Made by a program: the position numbers and the translations under genes. A stretch of DNA of 13,268 bases, taken from the NCBI GenBank assembly GCA_048939465.1, contig JBHLPL010000051.1, forward strand, positions 1 through 13,268, written 5' to 3'. The stretch comes from Promethearchaeota archaeon (GTDB taxonomy: Archaea > Asgardarchaeota > Odinarchaeia > Odinarchaeales > JBHLKK01). Each line of letters begins with the position of its first letter. Within the stretch, counting starts at the first letter, position 1. Positions 7,108-13,268 of the stretch are shown one piece after another. The notes beneath the pieces are model-generated. The model was not told the origin of the DNA and searched no databases. It worked only from the letters and a program-made list of their open reading frames with translations.

Positions 7108-7698
7108 ATGATGAGCAGAAAAGCCGTAGTTATTTCAGGTTCTCCTGGGACAGGAAAGAGCACTCTGGCAAATAGTCTTGCGGGCCATTTCCGGGTGGAG
7201 TTCATCGATATAAGCAAACTGGCAGAGGAAACAGGACTCATAATTGGAATGGATAAGCAGAGGGAAACGAAAATTGCGGATACAGATCGTTTAGTTCATT
7301 ATCTTGTTCACAGAATCTTTAGCGCAGAGAGCGGGATCATTTTGGAAGGACATTATGCGGACATTGTTCCGTCGGAATATGTTTCGACTGTTATTGTTCT
7401 CAGGACTTCTCCTGAAGTGCTCAATCTCAAATTAGGAAAAAGAGGATGGAAGGCAAGTAAGATTGCTGAAAATGTCCAAGCAGAGATACTCTCTGTCTGC
7501 CTTGTTAATGCCTTAAGGGCCTACAATGAAGAGATAATATACGAGGTAGACACTACAAATCTGACCCCACAGGAGACATTCAACGAGGTCTTGAAGATCC
7601 TAAGCGGAGAGAAGGCTTGCGAATATCGCGTTGGCAGTATTAACTGGCTCGAGTCGCTCGAAAAAAAAGGAAGATTAAAAGAATTCTTTCAGTCCTAG
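7108..7698 (+). CDS. Adenylate kinase AK6/Fap7 (hCINAP) family ATPase
   Basis: P-loop ISGSPGTGKST, family-specific Walker B IILEGHY, LID region KRGW..SKIAENVQAEI, VDTT motif and terminal INWL. Confidence 0.92.
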   Translation: MMSRKAVVISGSPGTGKSTLANSLAGHFRVEFIDISKLAEETGLIIGMDKQRETKIADTDRLVHYLVHRIFSAESGIILEGHYADIVPSEYVSTVIVLRTSPEVLNLKLGKRGWKASKIAENVQAEILSVCLVNALRAYNEEIIYEVDTTNLTPQETFNEVLKILSGEKACEYRVGSINWLESLEKKGRLKEFFQS

Positions 7699-7746
7699 TT
7701 GCTTTGAATTTATCCGGGAATCGTGCCCCAAAGAATGGTGAAAAAT

Positions 7747-9081
7747 ATGAAGAGGATGGATCGCGAGAATTTCAAACACGAATTCTTAAAGGAAGCAAGA
7801 TCTCTGATAAAACCCTTGAGAATAGATAGATCTCTCTATGCACCCAGCTACAAATGCAATATCTCAATGGTATTGCCCACAGCCCTAGGCCTTCTTGGCT
7901 TTGAATTTGAGGGGAGAAAGTCTCTTCCTGCGATTAAAGACTGCAGAAGGGCTTTTGAAATCGAGAATCCAGAGAACATCATCTTCTTGGTTGTAGACTC
8001 CCTAGGTATGAACCAGTTCTTGGAATCTAGTGTCTTTCAAGACATCGGAAGATGTGGAGGGGCTTTTCCGATTTCATCGGTTTTTCCAACAGTTACCTCT
8101 TCAGCCATAGTCTCGATTCATACAGGTCTGACTCCGGAGAGACATGGTATCCTGGGATACAAAATCTTCTTCAAGGAATTGGGTGTTGTTGTTGACACGC
8201 TTCGAATGTGCACAATCAAGGTGAGGTGGCGTGACGCCCTTGTACGCAGCGGAATTGATATGAGGTCATTAATGTGGGGACACGCTCCCTACAAGGATCT
8301 GCAGAGCCGGGACATCAAACATGTGATGTTCCTTCAGGAGGGTATCGCAGGGACCGGCCTTTCTCACTTCATTGCAGACTGGGGAGAGATCTTAGATTTT
8401 GGAAATCCGATTGACGCTTTCAGCCTTGCAAAAAGGGTCATTGAGAAGTACGATGGGCAAAAACTCCTCCTGAATATGTATCTTGGGTCTCTTGACATGC
8501 TTTCCCATAAATATGGGCCCAACAGCTTGGAGTACAAGTTAGGATTGGAATTCGTTGAGAAGAATTTACTCAGGCTCATACGTTCTCTTGATCAAAGATC
8601 CTCAAGAAAGACCCTTCTCATGGTTGTTTCGGACCACGGACAGGATGCAATTACGCCAGAAGACAGCCTGGTCTTTTCAGAAGAGGATATCGAAGAGACC
8701 AAGCCGTTCATGCGGACTGCACCTGGCAAATCCGGGAGAATTATCCACTTCTATCCGACAGAAGAACATCAAGATGAACTGAGGGATTGGTTAGAAGAAA
8801 GAACCGGAGAGAGGGGAGTAATACTGCGATTCGAAGATATTGAAAGAGAGATTCTGCATGACATTGTGGATAGAGAAAAGGTTCGCACCAGAGTCGGCGA
8901 CTTGGTTCTGGCTCTTAGGGAAGGGATATATACTAGATTTTCCTCTAAAAAGGAGAATGAACGGAAAGAGATAATCGACAGACCGATGCTAGGATCGCAT
9001 GGTTCGTTAAGTTTTAATGAGATGGCATCAATATTCTTAATAGCGAATTCATCAGACTTACACAGAATGTGGAGGGGTTAG
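7747..9081 (+). CDS. Alkaline phosphatase superfamily / nucleotide pyrophosphatase-phosphodiesterase (type I)
   Basis: Metal and nucleophile motifs are intact: FLVVDSLG, FPTVTSSA (Thr nucleophile), DMLSHKYG, VVSDHG, GSHGSL. ATG 7747 lies 5 nt after SD GGTGA (7737-7741). The track start is GTG 7723. Confidence 0.9.
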   Translation: MKRMDRENFKHEFLKEARSLIKPLRIDRSLYAPSYKCNISMVLPTALGLLGFEFEGRKSLPAIKDCRRAFEIENPENIIFLVVDSLGMNQFLESSVFQDIGRCGGAFPISSVFPTVTSSAIVSIHTGLTPERHGILGYKIFFKELGVVVDTLRMCTIKVRWRDALVRSGIDMRSLMWGHAPYKDLQSRDIKHVMFLQEGIAGTGLSHFIADWGEILDFGNPIDAFSLAKRVIEKYDGQKLLLNMYLGSLDMLSHKYGPNSLEYKLGLEFVEKNLLRLIRSLDQRSSRKTLLMVVSDHGQDAITPEDSLVFSEEDIEETKPFMRTAPGKSGRIIHFYPTEEHQDELRDWLEERTGERGVILRFEDIEREILHDIVDREKVRTRVGDLVLALREGIYTRFSSKKENERKEIIDRPMLGSHGSLSFNEMASIFLIANSSDLHRMWRG

Positions 9082-9084
9082 AAA

Positions 9085-9756
9085 ATCACTGAGAATGAAA
9101 AAACAGGAGCCGGACAGGTTGAAGAAACTCTCACTGAAGTCAAATCTGCAGTTCAGGAATCCAAAGATATGCTCGAGATCGTAAAAAGCGCTCTTGAGAC
9201 GCTGGGCTTGAAGCTGATTCAGAGATTTAGCGGTATGGAAGGACTGCTTGAGGAGATTAGAGAGGCACTGGGCAAACTTGAAAATATCGAAATAACCCTC
9301 CGCGGTCTAAGATTTACCGTTAAGGAAAGCTTAGAGAAGTTTGCAGATCGGTTCGGTGTTCTTGAGGAGAAAGTGAGAAGAGCAACAGCAATCTCTGCAG
9401 AGGAATCGAAGAAGATCGAGGCCGAAACCCGGTCCGAAAGGGAAATCATAGCAGAAGTTGTTGATGCCACCCCCGCCGCAACTGCAACCGAAGAGGTACT
9501 CGGCAAGTTAGCAGCAGATGCAAAGAGCGGGATGTCTTCTAGCAGACTCTCAAAGAGAATCAGAGAGAGTCGTGATATGATCATGGGCTGGTCTCCATAC
9601 CATCCCGCACTTTGGGATATGCATGAATGGAGCCTAAGAATCAAGCAAAGTTCAGAAAATAAGCCTATAAGCCCAACAATGCTAAACAAGCTGTTGATAA
9701 AGATAAACGAATGGAAGGCTCGTCTCCTGAAATCTGAGCAATCGGAAAAAACCTAA
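9085..9756 (+). CDS. Hypothetical protein: N-terminal coiled coil + C-terminal small helical bundle
   Basis: Heptad-like N-terminal half, an Ala/Thr linker, and a helical C-terminal domain (IRESRDMIMGWSPYHPALWDM...KINEWKARL). The first ATG is 9169, but the frame is open and protein-like from 9082. Proposed ATC start at 9085 behind SD GGAGGGGT. Confidence 0.75.
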   Translation: MTENEKTGAGQVEETLTEVKSAVQESKDMLEIVKSALETLGLKLIQRFSGMEGLLEEIREALGKLENIEITLRGLRFTVKESLEKFADRFGVLEEKVRRATAISAEESKKIEAETRSEREIIAEVVDATPAATATEEVLGKLAADAKSGMSSSRLSKRIRESRDMIMGWSPYHPALWDMHEWSLRIKQSSENKPISPTMLNKLLIKINEWKARLLKSEQSEKT

Positions 9757-9797
9757 ATCTTGTTCTATTATTGTCATTGATCTTGAGGTGACCTGGC

Positions 9798-10391
9798 ATT
9801 CAACAACTCGTAGATATGCACGTTCACTCTACGTACTCTCCATGTTCAAGAGCGTCAATCCAAGCGATTCTAGACAAGGCACTAGACATAGGTCTTCAAG
9901 GCGTGGCGATAACCGACCACGATACTATAAAAGGAGCTCAGAAAGCCAGAGAATTGGCCGAAGCCTATGGAGTTCAAGTATTCATAGGTTCAGAAGTAAC
10001 CTCGTCTGATGGACAAATACTTGCCTATGGCATAGAACAGGAGATTCCCCCCGGTCTCACAGCTGACGAGACTATCAGGGTAATCCATAGCCTGAATGGT
10101 GTGGCTGTCGCAGCACACCCATTCCGAGAAACAAGCTACAGCTTAGGAAACAAGATCTTTGAACTTGAACTGGATGGAGTCGAAGTCTCAAATCCGTATA
10201 GAGGAATCGACAAAGAAGCAAAGTCAGCCGCGGAGATCATGGGTGTATCGATGATTGGGGGAAGCGATGCACATCACCAAGAGTATGTGGGTTGGGGAGT
10301 AACAGAGTTCAAGATACCGGTCAAAGATGACCTGACTCTCTTAAAAGCAATCAGAAACGGAGAATGCCGTCCGCTGATCCTTAAAAAGTAG
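9798..10391 (+). CDS. PHP-domain metal-dependent phosphoesterase
   Basis: Motifs VDMHVHS, GVAITDHD, GSEV, AHPFR, VEV.N and GGSDAH. The track start ATG 9816 lies inside the DxHxH motif. Proposed ATT start at 9798 behind SD GAGGTGA. Confidence 0.9.
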   Translation: MQQLVDMHVHSTYSPCSRASIQAILDKALDIGLQGVAITDHDTIKGAQKARELAEAYGVQVFIGSEVTSSDGQILAYGIEQEIPPGLTADETIRVIHSLNGVAVAAHPFRETSYSLGNKIFELELDGVEVSNPYRGIDKEAKSAAEIMGVSMIGGSDAHHQEYVGWGVTEFKIPVKDDLTLLKAIRNGECRPLILKK

Positions 10392-10459
10392 GCTTGCCAT
10401 CCTGATTTGAAAGGTCACGCTTCGTGAGAACAACATTTCTGAGGGGGTTGACCAGGATT

Positions 10460-10479
10460 TTTGGAACATATGTTCCAAA
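10460..10479. repeat. Perfect 20-bp palindrome TTTGGAACATATGTTCCAAA (imperfectly extendable to 10452-10486)
   Basis: Read directly: the sequence equals its own reverse complement. The flanks CCAGGA / TCTTGG also pair after a small internal loop. Confidence 0.95.
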
Positions 10480-10607
10480 TTCTTGGACCTACGATCGAAC
10501 TCGGAAACTTTATCAGCATGTACTCAAGTCCAATTTGCGGGTCCTTAGACAGAACAGATTAAGAGTCAGGTTTTATCGCTGACTTCTCCTTCTCGCTGCA
10601 GTCCCGC

Positions 10608-11822
10608 TCATTTTCCGTGAAAGAAGATCAACAACAGTGTGGGAGAAAGTACATAGACAATACAAGTGAATATGTAGGGCGTCGTATAGTCGCCAGTACT
10701 CATCACTATTCCTGCAATCAATACACTGAAAGCCCAAAGCAGATTCCATGCAGTCAAGTTTGTCCCCGCTGCTTTTGCTCTTTCCTCTTTTTCGAATACT
10801 TCCATGGTAAACATGGAGAAGATAGGAGACGCCATATTCATTAGCGCTCCTCTAAGGAGGTAGAATGGAACAGACAACAGGAGGTTATAAGACAAACCTA
10901 TTCCTATTAGGAAGGGAATCGAGGAAAGCTGAGTCAGGGCAACTGATTTCACATTGCCGATTCTTTTAGCAAGTGAAGGTGCAATAATGTTCGCGATTGC
11001 GACCATCGATTGACCACCAACGAATATCATGCCCAAGACTTCTAGGCTTACATTGAAGCGACCTATGAAGAATATGTTGAAAAGCGGTACGACAAAGCCT
11101 GCTCCCAACCCAATAAAACCGTTCACTATCGCAAACAAAAGGTAAAGCCTAATATTGCTGGATCTGTTTGACTTCTTCGTAATCTGTTCATCTTGAGAAT
11201 TGATCTCTCCTTTTCTTCGAGGTGTTATTAAGAATAGTGCGACTACAGATAAGTATTGAAATACTATTGAAATGACAAGAGTGACACGATACGTCATAGC
11301 ACTCTCAGGATAGGCACCCAATAAAGAAGCAAGAAATCCCGGCAGCAGACCCCCAACTAAATAACCCACGGTTGTGAATATGGTCAGTATGGCGAAGTTG
11401 ATGCTGAAAAGATGAGCTTTCTCTTCATCACGGCTATTCTCCGTCATAAAAGGACTCTCCGCCACAAGATAGAGTGAGAAAGCTCCGCCACCAATACCGT
11501 TGCTCAGCAAAATCATCAGATCTATTTCGGTTATGTAGAGAACCGTATATGCAACCGCGCTGATGATTAGTCCAGAAATCAGAGACCTCTTTCTTCCTAT
11601 TTTATCACAAAGAACTCCAGCAGGAATGGCTGCCAGGGCGAGAGAAACTGCTCCAGAGAAGAGGATAAGCCCCACGAAATCCTCAGAGTATCCAAGCTCA
11701 AGAATGTATAAATTGAAAATGAGTTGTGAAACGCCATAACTAAAAGCAATAAGAGCGCTGGTGGATAAGAAGAGCTTTGCGTTGGTACTAAACTCTGTAA
11801 TTCTCTTTAGATAATTCTTCAT
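10608..11822 (-). CDS. Major facilitator superfamily transporter
   Basis: About 12 TM segments, with MFS motif A GVLCDKIGRKRSL and its repeat PSLAKRIG in the C-terminal half. ATG at 11822; the track start is TTG 11831. Confidence 0.92.
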   Translation of the reverse strand: MKNYLKRITEFSTNAKLFLSTSALIAFSYGVSQLIFNLYILELGYSEDFVGLILFSGAVSLALAAIPAGVLCDKIGRKRSLISGLIISAVAYTVLYITEIDLMILLSNGIGGGAFSLYLVAESPFMTENSRDEEKAHLFSINFAILTIFTTVGYLVGGLLPGFLASLLGAYPESAMTYRVTLVISIVFQYLSVVALFLITPRRKGEINSQDEQITKKSNRSSNIRLYLLFAIVNGFIGLGAGFVVPLFNIFFIGRFNVSLEVLGMIFVGGQSMVAIANIIAPSLAKRIGNVKSVALTQLSSIPFLIGIGLSYNLLLSVPFYLLRGALMNMASPIFSMFTMEVFEKEERAKAAGTNLTAWNLLWAFSVLIAGIVMSTGDYTTPYIFTCIVYVLSPTLLLIFFHGK

Positions 11823-11849
11823 TGTCAGCAATCTCTCACGAACTGTTGA

Positions 11850-12218
11850 TTAATCCCGATAGGTTTTTTTCCCGCTCTTCCCCCCTTTCAATAAGCCTTC
11901 CAGATTCGTTACAATTGCCTTCAACTTCAAATCATCGCAAACAAGTATCTTCCCGTCTTCTTCGGTAATTGCACCATTTTCCTTCAGATATTTTATGGCA
12001 TTGTACAGATTACCTGAACGTGATTCGCCAACGATCTTTGACTTTCTCGTCTTCTTCTTGAAAGAGAGGATTCTCCCGATTCTCACGACTGAGCGAACCA
12101 AACGTTTCGGAACTCCTGTTTGTATTAACATCTCAATCTCCTTAGCTTCTACTCGAGATATCAGATACTTCCTTGTCTCTCCATCAAAATCAAGCGTTAT
12201 CTTCACCTTACTTTCCAA
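11850..12218 (-). CDS. Small basic hypothetical protein, possible winged-helix DNA-binding domain
   Basis: 122 aa, Lys/Arg-rich. SRSGNLYNAIKYLKENGAITEEDGKILV resembles a wHTH recognition helix plus wing. TTG start lies behind AGGGGA. Confidence 0.6.
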   Translation of the reverse strand: MESKVKITLDFDGETRKYLISRVEAKEIEMLIQTGVPKRLVRSVVRIGRILSFKKKTRKSKIVGESRSGNLYNAIKYLKENGAITEEDGKILVCDDLKLKAIVTNLEGLLKGGKSGKKTYRD

Positions 12219-12340
12219 GATCTTTCCCCTTTTTCGTTATCATACTACTTATATTAATACCGAGTTAGTTTAATAGATGTCAACTAAGGAATCTGAGGTG
12301 CTTTAAGAATTCTAGGTCCACGTGCGGTGGAGGTGTTCTG

Positions 12341-12718
12341 GTGTCAAAAGAATTAGGTAAATATCCCGTCAAGTTTAGAATCAGGGACATAGGAGAAACG
12401 AGGGGTGAATTGATCAGAATTAAGGCCCCCAAAACTGCAGAGAAAGTCTGGCGTTCCTTACCGATCACAGCCAAGGCAAACTTATGGAAAGAAGAAGTCT
12501 ACTTTTCGATTGGGATAGGTTTGGGCAGGGAGAAACCAAGTAAGACTGCCGCAAAAGGAGACATAGCTTACTGGCCAATGGGAGACGCCTTGTGCGTATT
12601 TTTCGGTGACACTCAGCCATATTCAGATGTTAATATATGTGGCAGGATTACTGGTGATATAGAGATTTTCAGCAAGGTGAAGTCGGGTCAGACGATCATG
12701 CTGGAAAAGGCCGAGTGA
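12341..12718 (+). CDS. Cyclophilin-like fold protein (DUF369/UPF0288 family)
   Basis: TAEKVWRSLP...ANLWKEEVYF...GDIAYWPMGDALCVFFGDT...VNICG matches the family pattern. GTG start lies 5 nt after SD GGAGGTG. Confidence 0.88.
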   Translation: MSKELGKYPVKFRIRDIGETRGELIRIKAPKTAEKVWRSLPITAKANLWKEEVYFSIGIGLGREKPSKTAAKGDIAYWPMGDALCVFFGDTQPYSDVNICGRITGDIEIFSKVKSGQTIMLEKAE

Positions 12719-12719
12719 A

Positions 12720-13070
12720 TCAGGGGATTTCCGTTCGTTCGGGCGGTTCCTTCAAGTGAATTATGGGTACAGCTATCCATCCTCTTTTTACGAAATCGGT
12801 GAATTCGATTTGCTCCGGGCTGCCGTCGGTATTCATGATCGCGTATTTTCCTTTGTGATCTTTCTTAGAAGCGCAGTAATAGCAAGCAGGAAGTCTAGAT
12901 TCTGGCAGACCGAGAAGCGAGGTGAATATGCAGTAATAGTTCTCGTTCTCCTTTTCGAAGTGAAATATCTGTGTCGGCTTTGTGAGACCGGAACTCGCAG
13001 CAAGACGTACTAGATCGCTTATAGTTGAGACCTCGATATACCTAAATGGCTCTGTTTTATCCTCTTCCAT
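12720..13070 (-). CDS. Conserved hypothetical archaeal protein (resembles small TACK/Asgard proteins annotated 'cren protein')
   Basis: 116 aa. The EVSTISDLVRLAAS N-terminus and KGKY...E.....GWIAVPIIHLKEPP C-terminus recall that family from memory, not verified by search. ATG lies 6 nt after SD GGTGA. Confidence 0.7.
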   Translation of the reverse strand: MEEDKTEPFRYIEVSTISDLVRLAASSGLTKPTQIFHFEKENENYYCIFTSLLGLPESRLPACYYCASKKDHKGKYAIMNTDGSPEQIEFTDFVKRGWIAVPIIHLKEPPERTEIP

Positions 13071-13129
13071 AACATTTCACCTTTTATCTAAAGAAGCATG
13101 TAAGAAATAGAAGAACAAGTCAATAAATC

Positions 13130-13267
13130 TTATGATACAACCTGAAATTCTGTCAATTCTTTTTCTTTTTCTTTTTCTCTCTCTCTTTCTTCAGCTTTTG
13201 AGGGTTTGACTATCATAACTCCTTCCTTTTCAGTAGTTATGACGACGTCCAGACCTGTGGAAAAGAC
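13130..13267 (-). CDS. 3' end of a gene running off the window, possibly an AbrB/MazE/SpoVT-type DNA-binding protein with a charged tail
   Basis: The frame is open from 13267 to TAA at 13132-13130: VFSTGLDVVITTEKEGVMIVKPSKAEEREREKEKEKELTEFQVVS*. G.DV.I..E..G.MIVKP resembles the second half of an AbrB fold. Confidence 0.5.
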   Translation of the reverse strand, partial: VFSTGLDVVITTEKEGVMIVKPSKAEEREREKEKEKELTEFQVVS

Positions 13268-13268
13268 T

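Noticed and set aside
9079-9081. Pyrrolysine/amber recoding at the in-frame TAG between the phosphodiesterase and coiled-coil ORFs
   Set aside because: TAG is a common true stop in this window, the phosphodiesterase domain is already complete, and an SD-led ATC start explains the extension more simply.
8364-10009. ORFs 8364-8579(-), 8555-8782(+), 9219-9689(-), 9788-10009(+)
   Set aside because: Shadows of the well-supported phosphodiesterase, coiled-coil and PHP genes. The GTG of 9788-10009 is part of the PHP gene's SD.
10488-10505. tRNA T-loop-like GTTCGATC on the minus strand
   Set aside because: The flanking 5-bp T stem does not pair, and no cloverleaf can be built.
10617-13013. ORFs 10617-10844(+), 11995-12273(+), 12280-12474(-), 12756-13013(+)
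   Set aside because: Antisense overlaps of better-supported genes, with no independent evidence.
13157-13192. 36-nt pure pyrimidine tract with (CTTTTT)3 and (CT)5
   Set aside because: Explained by the minus-strand codons for the EEREREKEKEKE charged tail; not an independent repeat element.
1-13268. CRISPR array, IS element/transposase, integrase, rRNA
   Set aside because: No spaced direct repeats, terminal inverted repeats with target duplications, DDE/HUH/tyrosine-recombinase motifs or rRNA signatures were seen.

Overview
Archaeal chromosomal window, most likely from an Asgard archaeon. This is inferred from the longin/uDENN-wHTH protein, the style of the large single-pass surface protein, and the archaeal RFC-L and Fap7/AK6 genes. 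Gene order: short 3' gene fragment; RFC large subunit; MFS transporter; then, on the minus strand, a coupled pair encoding a heavily N-glycosylated single-pass surface protein (~861 aa) and a longin/uDENN + tandem winged-helix protein (~359 aa, NPRL2-like architecture). A ~670-nt ORF-free divergent intergenic region with G-runs and stem-loops follows. Next come a plus-strand cluster (Fap7/AK6 kinase, AlkP/NPP phosphodiesterase, coiled-coil protein, PHP phosphoesterase), a convergent gap with a perfect 20-bp palindrome, a second MFS transporter, a small basic wHTH-like protein, a cyclophilin-like-fold (DUF369) protein, a small conserved TACK/Asgard-type protein and a 3' gene fragment. No rRNA, tRNA, CRISPR array or mobile element is supported. 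The most notable observations are the surface-protein/longin-wHTH gene pair and two adjacent genes that appear to start at non-canonical ATC/ATT codons placed behind Shine-Dalgarno motifs.
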